Below, in pieces: positions 1-13,000 of a DNA stretch of 64,000 nt. Below the pieces are notes generated by a model. The model ran no database searches and had not been told where the DNA came from. It was given only the letters and a program-made list of their open reading frames with translations. Origin of the DNA: Balanoglossus misakiensis (Eukaryota; Animalia; Hemichordata); the NCBI GenBank assembly GCA_040954595.2, contig CM082576.2, forward strand, positions 1,772,760 to 1,836,759, in the 5' to 3' direction. The position numbers and the translations under genes are program-made. Every line of letters starts with the position of its first letter. Position 1 is the first letter of the stretch.

Positions 1-824
1 TCTTACAAACATTCCAATAGACAATTCAGCTGGATGAATGGTTGGGGATTGCCTGCCTCTTAAAAGTATTTTAAAGATGAAGGAATCAGCTAGAGAAATA
101 GATTTCATAGAGATTTATTACTAATTTGCATATTTTCAATCTTTGTTGAAATGACATGAGCATTCTCAGTTCATATTGGTTCATTATGTGTGACAATCGG
201 AACTTATCTTTAAAACTGGAAAGTTCTGTACGAGTGTACTAGCTAATTCTTCCAAAACTTAAAACTTCCAAAGCATATTATTACGTACACAAAAAATTAT
301 CCACCGGTCGATCTAAAGATTTCCAAAATGGCAGCACGAGCGCAATTTCCTTGTGTTTGGAGACGCTAACTTTTCGACCCATTGTTCGTGCCTTGTGTTC
401 ACTTGGGGTTGTCATTTTTATTATTCGGATATTAAGATTGACAGTTTATACTCCTTGTAATAATTCACTCAACATCAATATTTATCGGAATCAAACTTTA
501 ATAAAAAATAAACTTGTGCGGACTCGAATTTAAAACAATACAAATCAAATAATTTTGTAAATCAATAAATGTACTGAAATTAAAAGTGTGCAAATAAACA
601 TTACATTTTACATGTAAACAGCATGCAACTGGCGGTAGTCGATGTGATGTTACGGAATAATGTTGCCACCATGCCAGCTCTCCTGCAGAAGGTCATGATC
701 ACACATGTCTGGAATGTAGTCCACACTGCCACCTAAAAGGCAAAACATAAAATGGGTTAAAAGCCTGAAGCAGCACATGCAACTTATTTATGCGAGTCCC
801 ATTTTTACAAGAAGTAAAACGAAA

Positions 825-884
825 GTCCACCCTGACCATACAAAACAATGAGTTTGGACTGAACCATGGTGGTGAAAGGGTTAA
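825..884. mobile_element. Partial copy (one end) of a short TTAA-flanked piggyBac-like MITE family
   Basis: gtttggactgaaccatggtggtgaaagggttaa is nearly identical to the right end of the element at 21759-21852. Confidence 0.6.
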
Positions 885-1014
885 AGCCAACAGGCACATA
901 TGCTCCATCAACTGTTTACCAGAGATTTAATACATAATTTTGCTAAATGTGGATACACCGACCGACAATTACACAAAACAAACTGATATATCTTTGTTGA
1001 TTCAGAATAACTTA

Positions 1015-4000
1015 CCAAGTCTGACTGCATGGTAGATGGTAGATTCATCAGAGTCAGACACAAGCATGATGTAGGTCTCTCCTTCCCTTTCAAACACTTC
1101 TAATCCATACAAACCAGAAACATCAGGTAATGTCACTTCTTCAATCCAGCCACTTGTGCCTTAATACAAATAGAAATACTTTGGTTACAACTACGGTATA
1201 AAAAACTTGCAACAGAATTAATTTTGTGTATGGAATATTAATTGGATGCACAACAGCTAGATTTTAAAATTCAATTCAGTGTAGCCTGAACATTATCACA
1301 CATTACCCTAAAACTTACGATAAATTAAACCATAAGCGATACATCCAAAATTTATCCTCAACTATGAATTACTTGATTTGCAATGACTTGTCTGTATAAA
1401 GAAAGCATGCCCAAATAATCCATATATCATTGCCCCAATGGTGACCTATATATTTAATTAAAACAGACCGATTAGTGTTAAATTTGTACTTACCATAATA
1501 TGTAAATAGTGTAAATTGTTTTTCTATAGTACTGACAACTGCAAGATGATAATAGCCACCAATTTTGACTGCTTCAACAGCTGATGGAGCAGTTGTATCA
1601 ATTCTTCCAAACCATACAAACTCTTTTGAAGTATCAGACCATTGAAATAACTGCAGTATAAATCACAGACACAATGTCGGCAATGTCTTGTATATTCATC
1701 TTGTAAACACTGAAGTGTGTGTTAACGATGTCAGTTTAATACTGTTTGATTGAAGTTTAAGACACCACACTAATTATGCAGTGGTCATATACTGTGCTAA
1801 CATTGGTCACATGACCACAGTTGGTCATGTTCACTTTCTGAACCCAATGTGCATGTATTCTTTATTGAACCTAGATAAATTGACAAGAATTGAAGTGCTT
1901 ACTGTAACAGCTACTTCATAGTTTGTACTGCCGTCTGATTCCACTTTCTGCTCATCAGCAATAACAATGGTTGGAACGTAGTTAAACAAGAAATGAGTAA
2001 CATCCTTGGCACCATTTGTTTCTATATTCTGGTACCATTCGAAGGCTTCATCCTGCAGAAAGAATATGGTACTTGAATACACACCAATTGGCAAAAAAAA
2101 TGAAAAGATTGTCTCGTTGTTGACCTGTTTAGTCATACATGGACCACTAATTGTGGATGTTAATACACAATGTATTAATGGACGTTTTCTGTGTGCATTG
2201 TTGATTGTGAGATTTCACCTATGAACTTTGGAATACGGAAGGGTATCATTGCAATTATTTCCCCCTTATTAAATGGTAAATTAGATAAAAGTTTCTGATA
2301 TACTTACTTCTGGATTGTAGACATAAATGGGGGAAATTTTCTCACCAGTGTCAAATTTAGAAAACACCAAATAGTATTGGTCACCGACTGGAACAAATTC
2401 TACTCCGGAAGAAACTACAATAGAAGAAGAAAAAGACAGATTCTGAGTTATACTGCCATAGCAGGTCCAAAACAACCATGTTTTACTAGAAAGTTTAAAT
2501 TGTTGGAACAGAGTGAAACAAATTCAAGGTGCGTCAATGAAAAATGTTATTTTGAATACTGTGTGTTAATTGTGAACCACTTATTGAGAATTAATGTTAC
2601 ATACTGCCAACAGGTAGCTCCTGGTGGAGTTCAAATAAACCAGAGGTGTTGAAGCGATAGATGAATCCAGCTACACTACTGACACTGCCTGATCTAGACT
2701 TAGTATTGGCTATGGCCAGATAGGTGACACCATCAACATCTACAGTGGCTGCGTCTAAAGCACCCAATGTTTCAATGGATTGAAACTCTTCAAAGTCATC
2801 ATAAGTTGTATTGTATTTAAAGATTTTACCAGCTTCAAGCATATCTGAAAATGAAAAGAAGTTGAGAAGGAGATTAGAGACGGTTCAGTCTTCACAATGA
2901 TGTGCTGCTTATTATCAAGTTTCAAATAATTGAAATAGGCAGTACATTAATTTCATAGTATACTTTTGTTTTATTTCTGGTATTTTTAGATTTTGTGCAA
3001 GTTTCCTTGACAATTTTAGAAATCTGAAATGCAGACAATTTAATATCCTTGATAGTGACAGATTTGGTAATACTGAGTGAATAGAAGACTATGGAAGACT
3101 ACGTTGTCTAGGAGTGTTTGTTGCCCTATCCTGCCAACTAAGTGAATCTATTGCCCTTTTAAATTAACTTTTTCAGATTTAGGCATTTGGGAGGTTCCAT
3201 TTGGGGTTACAAATTATAGAACAAGTATAACATACTATCACATCCTCTAGTTTCTTGGTTGGCTATCACAAGAAACTGTTCTCCATTGAGGGTAAATGCA
3301 TGCCATCTTGTTGCAGCATGAGTGCCAAGAGACCCTGAAAGACAAACAAGAGACAAACTGATGCGTGTCTTTGGAGATTACAAATTTACACAACAAAGAT
3401 GTACAAAAATATTTTGCATACCGATGCTCTAAATCCACATTGTATTAAACTACGGTGTATGAATCTAGATTATTACCTTTCATATACCGGGTACTTCAGT
3501 ACCAAAGTGGAGGTGTAAATTTCAGCAATTAAAAATTTCAAGCTTCATTTCAAGCTTCAGTGTACCGCAAAATACTTACACTTGTGCTCAAACTCTCCAC
3601 TGACACTGTTCCAAGCAAAGATTTTACTTCGTACACACAAGTTGGAAGTGGTTGGAGATCTGTATGTTGTTGTTGCCAAACAAGTTACTCCATTCATCTC
3701 AAATGCTTCAACATGTCTTGGTTCAAGTATGGATAATGTTTGATCAACTTCAAAATATTCCAAGGACGCAATGGTACCTAGAATGAGAAGCCAAAGTGGA
3801 ATTTTAAAAGAAAAGATTTGGATTTAGTAAAATTGATTTCAAAGTAGCATCACACAGAACATGTGTCCAATCATGTAAATTGCAACTTCCTTTCCAAGTT
3901 CCATGTTTTAAACTGTCCATGTTTTCAAAAGATTTTGTTCCATGGTCCCTTGAAGATTAAATGCAATGCATCTTTAAAAAACCTAAACTAAGAAAATCTC

Positions 4001-7000
4001 AATGAACAGAAATGTAGCAAAAAGTTTGTAACTTGCCATCGTAGAATTCAGCCAAGTCATCGACAAGACCACATTGTTGATCACCAACTGTTGTGATCTC
4101 AACTATATCTTCATAGAGCAGTTGTGTCATTTCATCTTGACTTATCCTAAGTGCTTGTAAATCAACACCATCAAGTGTACCATTGATTTCAATATCAACA
4201 TTGAAGGTTACTGTATCGTTGAAATTTATCAAACCATTCAAAGTCTCAGAGTTTGTCAGAGTAACACGTTCGGATGCCAATGTCTCTACGTCAAAGCCAT
4301 CAACGTCTCCTAGGAGAAAAAGAAACGGTGACAATTGTAGTAAAGATCTATTGCATACTTCTCTAAATCTAGGTTAATTTTCTTCTCAGGATGTCACAAA
4401 ACTTAATGAAGTAACAATTCAGGGAACAGACTTGTGAAATGGTGATAAAATCTTTAGGGTTTTATTGTATAAATAAAATATTTTCCTTACCATCGACTAT
4501 AAGAGAGCCATGTATATAAGTGGTAGCTTTAAATCTTTTGACTGAAGTTATATACTGTGCTGTTCCTAATGTGCAAGCGTGTTGATCCAAATCCACACCA
4601 TCTACAGTTCCACCAACAAACAGGTTTTGTTGCATGACAACATCCTCGGTAAATGTCTTTGTAGCAAGTATTTGTTGATCTCCATCAGTCCGTAACAAGT
4701 CTTGTTGAACAGCAATTATGTCGATGCCATTAACAGTTCCTGCAAATAATTCAGAATTTATGGCAAAATTTAGCTTAAACATAAATACTGTATTGGAATT
4801 ATCATATGCAAGTAGAGAGGTGAACATGTGTTGGCGATTTGTTGGGGGCAAAAAGCAACGTTTCATTTAAGATGAAGGGGTACGCACTTTGGCAAGTCAT
4901 GCCTGACATAGGAAATGTCAACAATAGCTCAATGTGCCATTTTCTTACTTACTGGTTTTCATACAAATTGTCAGAAACTATCACAAAAGTATCAAGTGAA
5001 TTGAGAAATTTACCTGTCACAATGATATTGGCATTCAGCTGTACATCATTGTCAAAGGTCAACAGCCCAGTGATTTCTTCATCAGCTGCTTAGGAGAAAG
5101 ATTTTAAAACATTAAACATTGAAAATAACATTTCTACAAATTATAAAATCAAACCTTTCATCACTTCTTTAAGTCATCTGTATTCATACCGAAGCTATCA
5201 GAGAAAGTGATATTTTGTGTATTGCATCAGAACTTGAAAGAAACTGCACAAGAAGATGCTTTTGAAGCCATCATAAATTCAATTCCTGAAAAACTGATTT
5301 TGGTACAATGTTAACAAAAGCAATACTAACTTCCATAGCAATCAACCCAAATAGGACCTAAGGTTTGGGAGTTGTTTCTGAAGACAGTGGACAATCAGCC
5401 CATGTGATCAGCTGTGTATCTGACAGTAGAGATAAAAAGTTTTTGGGGAGAACGAACCATTTAATGTGACTGCTTCTTCAGACAGATCTACTCCATCCAC
5501 TCTACCATCTATAATGACATCACCAGTAATGCTGATATCATTTGCAAAGGTCTTTTTTCCTGCAAAGTGACAAAATAAATATTGGACAATAAATAAACAA
5601 ACAGGTCTGTGCCATGATGAAATGCAACATTTCCATTTTCTATTGTGATAGCAAAACCTGCCATGGACGAAAGTTGCCAGAAATTAATTTAGATGACCGA
5701 CCAACCTTCTAGATAGGTACCGTACATGCAAGGCTTTTAAAACAAATTTGAAAATTGATAAGTGCTGTACTGATGCTCATTTTAATCACAGATCAAACAT
5801 TTTTGCTCAAGTTGACTACAAGTATTTAAGTATTGTCCCAGTAGAAGGAAGCAACTTGTGCATGTTCAACATTCCCGATAGATTTCATGATTTTACTTAG
5901 AAAACTTTCTAGGTAGCCAGCCCTTTAAATGTGCAGGCATTTTTATATATTTTTTGATTACATTACCTGTAATATTTTGTGTTTGTGGCGAGTCAAGATA
6001 GACTGCATCCTCAATGACATCATCAAAGTTTACACCATCCACAATTCCATGGACTGACATGTTATTAGAAACAATCATTTCGCCAACAACAACTACATTG
6101 TCTGTAAAGGTCTTGGTTGAAGTGATCACCTGAAAGTCCATAGAAACAGTTGAATAAAACCTTGAAATAATATTGGTAATCTTTTTACTGGCCTTGATAT
6201 CATCCAATGTGTTGGCATTTGCATTTAAGGTTTTGAACTATTAAAGATACATTGATTTTAATAGAGAGTATATGTTTTGAATAATGGCTGTTATGGTGGT
6301 TGTTATCAGATTTTGGTATGGTAAATGTAACTTGTTTTAAATATGTCTGTGTGCAGTTTTTTGTACAGGCCCTGCACATCCACATCTGAAGTCATTGACT
6401 TCATGTGGCAAAGTTTATAAATTCCATAAAATGAGATTTACAAACCTGGTAAGTATCAAGAAAGATTACGTCATTGTAGAGGTCAGACAAGTCATCTTGG
6501 TTGACGAAGCCTCCAACATGCAAATCACCATCAATGGTGACAGATCCAGCGAAGATGACGTCACTTTCGAAGACGAAATCTTTATTCAACATTGCCGTCT
6601 TGGAATATAGGTCTGCTACATCAATGTCATCCAATGTGCCAGTTATATTCAAGGTGGTATCAATATATACATCTGTTGATTAACAAATTGTTTGCATTTT
6701 TATATTATTGTAAGTACATGCATGTATGGCAAAAATATCTGAACAGCTCTATCAAAAAATCAAGCACGGTGAGTGTTTTCTTTACTGGTATATTATTTAA
6801 GCAATAAAACACCCCCAGCCATGGTATACCACGAGATTTTGACCAGTTCACGACATATACGCACGAGCAATAGCGAGTGCGTATATGGAGTTGAACTGGT
6901 CAAAATCGAGTTGAAGCTACTTTACCATCAACAAATACTACATCTGAACTGATAGTCTGTTCTACATTGGTCTTCACAGTTTCAGCTTCCAACTCAGAAA

Positions 7001-10000
7001 TATCAACTCCATTCACTTCACCACTCAAAACCACAGAACCAGTGACATTAACATGTTGGAAGGTGTATGTGCCTATGGAATATAAGTCGATACATCAGAT
7101 TTGTTGCAGTGAATCCATATTTTGGATAATGTTATTTTGAATTATAGTTAAAATTATAAAGACTCGAGACAAAGTTCTGTATGTCTATATAAGGCAAGAA
7201 ATCCCTTTTGTTACATTGTAGATAGTAGAAATAATTCTCCCAGTACTAACAAAGGGCGGCTGTTGGAAAATTTCAGTTTTCGGGCTTTCCCAGTTTTATA
7301 CCAGTATGTAGGTTTACAATACCACTTACCAGTTACAGTTTGTAGAATGCTTTGACTGAACACTTGTTGACCAATGTCAATAGAATTGACTTCACCAGTG
7401 ACAATGATGTCACCAGTTACACTGAAACCATCTGAAAATGTCTGCACACAGACAGAAAATATACCAAACAGAAAAATTATATACTGATCAACAGCTAGAA
7501 ATTGAGGCAAGTTAATGTCTTTTCCTGCAGCAATATTACATTGGGCATACACACCAACATTTGCTTCCTGTACATAGTTTTGTAAATAGGTATTAACACT
7601 ATTTGAGTAGTCGTTACACTGGAAAAAACATCCAACTTTTAGTTAATATTTGATGGTAAAAAGATGATTTTATGGCAAATGAATTTTAAGTTACCTTGTT
7701 GGCTGTAATGACTTGAGGTGCATTGTTACGTACAACATCCGAGTTTATGAATGTCAAATCCACACCATCAATGGTACCATCAACATACAAATCATTCATT
7801 ACAACCATATGATTGGAAAATTCCTAAAATGCAAATTCAGATTAATTTCAGAAAACTTGTATGGCATTTGTGTGATATATATGTCAAAATGTCAATCAGT
7901 ACACGACTTCACAAAAGATGCTTGGCTTTTTTAAAACCATTTGAGGAAATTCATTATGTTTTATTTGATAAACATCTCATTTGTTTAAGAATCATCAAAA
8001 TTGTCATCAATGGCTGACAAATTATCATGGGTTATTTATTAACATTAGCGATCTTCATTAATATATCTAAGTGCTCAAAGTCAGAAAGAGTTCATGAAAA
8101 CTTACTTTCCTGCCTGTTACATTCTGGTTACCGTTTATAAACATAGCTTCTGATTGTAATTGAGATAAGTTGACATCATCTACCAAGTCATCTGTTATTA
8201 CATCACCACTTACATGGACAGTACCTGTAAATGTAACCAGTGTTCAAAGGTTACAAGGAAAAGACCAAATTGTTTTGGCTAACATTGGAAGATTAGACAG
8301 TGCAGATTGTCCATATTTAGCCTTTGACTTGTGCCGGTAGTTAAAAGTTGGTAGTGGCAATGAGTGATGGAACATAGTTGAGCTATAATTGCACTTGCCA
8401 TACACAAATTTAAAGCTTTGGTGTAAATAGTCCCAGTTCTCTAGCAGTTTCACCGTTATATGGAAACTAACCTAGCACTGAATTTTGAACACCAAAATAT
8501 ATTAAAGATGGCAGACTACGTACTTGTAAAGTTTTTCACTCCTGTAATGATCTGATCCTTGGTAAGTGACATGACAGAATTGGCAAACTCTGGTAATTGT
8601 AGACCATTAACAGTGCCATCCACTGTAACATCGCCACTAACGTGAATTGCATCACTGAAGATGTAGTTACCACTGATGTTCTGTCAAAATATAATACTGC
8701 AGGTTATCAGAGGGAGGGACAAAACTAAAGTATGGTAGAGTGTTACTGTACTGAGCTTGATTCATATAGCCTATTACAGTATCTGGTGTACATGACCCCT
8801 GAAAGGTCATAGATGCATGCAGATACAAGTAAAACTCCAAATAATAATAATAATAATAATTTATTTCTAAAGCGGCAAACTCCACAAAAAAGTTATCGCC
8901 GCCACTGAAAAGGTACAATACAATAAAAGGATAACAACAAAATAAAATCTAATCAGTACAATAAGCCAACAAATCCATCACTTAAAATGTACTTTAGATG
9001 CTCTAAATGTGCAAAGTTTATACAATAATACAAAGAGATTTCAATTTACCTGAGCTGTGGTCAAGGTTATCCTTTTGCTGCCAAAGTCGAGCAGATCGAC
9101 ACCATCTACAAGACCATCGGCTATGACATCACCCTTCACTATCAAGTTGGCATCCAATACTGCACTCGAAAATGATTTAGCATCTATAGAAAAAAAATCA
9201 GTGGCTTGAGGTACAACTGCAAATAAGTCTGTTCAATAGTTAGAAGAGTTGTAATGGCATATTTGCACAGAAGTAAATTCAAAACATTTTTCAGTGCATG
9301 CGTTTGTGGGAAGTTCACTGTCTGTTGAACTACATGTAGACCTTAAATAGGTCTGAGAAACTGGGCAGTGGTGATAATAGGAGGTATTTAATACGAATTA
9401 TTTTACCTGTTACATTCTGTTCCCGATTTATCATCATCACATCTTGAGAGAGATCTATTCCATTTATCGTATCCAAGATGACAACATTGCCAACCACAGT
9501 CAGATCACCAGTAAACGTCTGAAATAATGTCGTGCATCAAAGAAATGTTGAGATAAATGAACAGGAAATTAAACTGAAGAATATATTCAGATTGAACGGT
9601 CTTATAATCATTATTGGAGAAATTCCGCATTGTTTATTCGGTATAGTCTTTAGATCTGCATACGTCTGGCATGTCTAAATGCACTCAAAATTTGTGGACT
9701 TTGTTTTCCCAATTGAAGGGAGACAGCATTTTTGTATATTTTGCAATAAATGTATTCACCCTTTTCATTAGTCTAGCGCCCTTATGCAGTTATGAATTTG
9801 ATCTCAAAGCGAGGCTAATGGGGAAACCCCTTGATGTGGTTGGTCAACTTGAAAACACCCTTTGGCAAAAATTGAAAACGGAAAGCTTTGCACAAAAGTT
9901 GTACCTTGACACCATAAATTGTTTCATTTGCCGTAATATCAACTGTCTGACTGCAGAGGGTTCCTATGTTAACGCCATCGACCACACCATCAACTTGTAA

Positions 10001-13000
10001 ATGACCAACACCAAATCCATCAGTAAAATTCTTGGAACCTTGTGTATTAAAATGGAAAGTAAGATAGACATTAGGATTAGTTTGGGTTGAGGATGGAGAG
10101 CAAAATAAACATGTTATCAAATTCACTATTGCTCGAATAACAGATGCATTTTTTTTATTCCATTTCAATTTTATTTCCTGTTTACCAACATCTTAGAACA
10201 AAATACCAGCAATGTTACATTCTTCATGTAGTCCGACAAAGCATTGATTATACTTACCAGAGATGGACTGATTTCCAGCTAGTCTTAGCAGGTCATTGTA
10301 ATAGTTCAGTGAGTTTAATGATCCCTGTATATCTATGAAGCCTTGTCCAGCAGCTACAGTGATATTTCTCAAGAATGTTTTCCTTCCAGTTATGATTTGA
10401 TCTGTAGAGAAAAGTTGACAATAATCTGATCTAATCTGACAGGTCAATATTGCATTGTAGATTGTCTTTTGAAGTGGTTTTATTTTCTGTGGAATACAAA
10501 AATATAGAGAACGGAAGTTGTTTACCTTCAGTACTATTTTGAAGAACTGCATCGGTATAAATTGAAGTCAAATTCAAACCATTAAATGATCCTTCTATTG
10601 ACAATGAACCTTCAATGGTGACATCCTGAAATGTTACATCATCTGGAAAAAAAAGGCGATATATGAAACCAGAGGCGTCTGAATATATGCCCCCATTGCT
10701 TGGAATCTTGTGTTCAGTGACTGTACATTCTAGTTGGGAAGCTTCAATAAATTCAATCATTCAAAGCAGACTAAGATTCTGAAATAAACAGGAAATTCAC
10801 TGGGATTATACTTACATGGAATTGTTTGGTCTGTTGTTAGGGTTACTAATGACTGACTAAGTTCTGCTATGTCAATGTTATCAACAGTACCAGCGACAGT
10901 GATAGGGCCTTCCGTTGCAATGCCTCCAAGGAAGATTTTTCGGCCTTCGATGTCCTGGGGGCCTAACAAATCAAAATGAGAGGATAAATTTCAAGGTATT
11001 TAACTTGTACACGGGAAAACTGGTATGCATTGTAATAGTGGGATAACGCATTTTGGGTATTTACACCATTTTTGCTTGTTGCATGTTCAGTAAATATGTG
11101 TTAATACTGACACCAAAAGACACTTCATGCATTGATGGTTGAATATCCCTCACCCCCGAGATTACTCGCAACATATATTGATACATGCGTCTTTGGTGAA
11201 TGGGGACAGTAGACTGCCACACAAGTCATGATATATTAAAGCTTAAAATCAGTTGTCAAATGCTGAAACTGAAGCAGATCATCTTGTAAGACATTAAATC
11301 AATCAAGTACATACCAGATAATGTAACAACATCTTCTGAGAGATCAATGCCATCAACATTTCCATCAACAACCACATCACCATTAACAATCAACAGATTG
11401 GTAAAAGATTTGCTACCACTGATTTCTTGGCCACCTGACAAGCAAATGGCGAAGAATTAATCCAGGTGACATCTACACCAGAAATAATAACTACCAATAA
11501 TGGACAAGGATACAAGAACACTATTATGGTTATTATTTGCAAACTTGGTGACACCAACTCTTTGTGAAAACATTTTGTCCAAAAACAGACTCAAAAATAG
11601 GTGGGAAGAGAATGTGCAGACATTTTTCAAGGCACGGATACTTATTTTAATCAATATACTAATGTACTTCATGAAAATAAAATGTATTGGAATCTACAGT
11701 TTGGTGTTCATGCATTACCTGTTAGTGTGACAGTATCTTCAGATAGATCTATTCCATCGACAGTACCATTAACTACTAGACTACCATTAATAACAACCAG
11801 ACTCTCAAATGTAGTTGTACCAAAGATCTGAATAAGGACCAGAAAAAAAACACAATTTTAATATTTTGGTATATGCCACGCTTTTTGAAAAGTGGATTAT
11901 AATAAGTGACAACTTATCAGGTATTTAAAAACATAAATGTATGTATACCTGAAAATTTTCAGCAAGTTTTGCAGCTTCTTCATCCATATATGATAAGTCT
12001 TCTCCATTGACATTACCAGTTATAGTGATATCTCCATCCACAATAATAGACTGGCCAAAAGTTATGGCACCTGCAGAAAACAATTGCATGTTGCTTCTGA
12101 AATACATTTGACAATTCACACTTAACAGTCTTGCACATACACTGGTGCAAGTTCAAATTAGTTGTCCAAGGAGTTTATGGTAAATACACACACGACCTCT
12201 TATCAAGAGGCATCTGAATTTGACATTTAAATGTTTATTTCTTCATAATTAGGAGGCAAGCAACAGCCAGTTCCCCAAAGCATGGTATTCATTGTTAAAT
12301 TCCCAAACTATGTCATGAAATAACCCATTTAAATTTGTTTTTATATCAAATAACAGTGATATTACCTGTGACCGATTGTAGTCCATGCACCAGTAGAGAG
12401 TCTTCATATAGATCAAATATGTCTACTCCATCTACAAGACCAGTTACTGATAAATCTCCAGTGATGTTTACAGAGTTGAATGTCTTGTTACCTGAAAATT
12501 GGATGCAGATTAGGAGACTTATCTACTGCCACATCCCTGGTGAATTATTGTGTATAGTAATGAAATTAAAGGGTTTGTTTACATACAAAATAGCCATGTA
12601 TGGACTGATTGAACGCATGGTATTTCTATTAAAAGTTCTCAAAGAATCAGATGCAAAAGTTTTCAGTGTTTTTAGCAAGTTTTTTCATTGCAATGGCGAC
12701 CAAGAAGATTAAAACAAATTCACACATGGACATGTCAGGACTCAGGACCAACAATTGCTTCTTACCAGTGATGGTGTGTGCTCCAGTCAGTGTGATTGCT
12801 TCCTCAGAGATGTCAACATTATCCAAAGTGACTGAATCAGCAAAGATTGCATCACCTTCAATAACTGTATAAGAGCTGAATGTCTTTGTACCTGTCAATT
12901 GAAAGTCATTAACCTTTTACCGGCCACTACAAATTTCAAGGAATAAACTAGTTTAAATTTCGTGTTTCCCAGATTTTCAAGGACTTTCCAGAAGTGGTTT

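Noticed and set aside
300-370. AAAATGGCAGC start-like context on the + strand
   Set aside because: The ORF closes after 13 codons with no convincing donor. It may be regulatory DNA for a gene outside the window.
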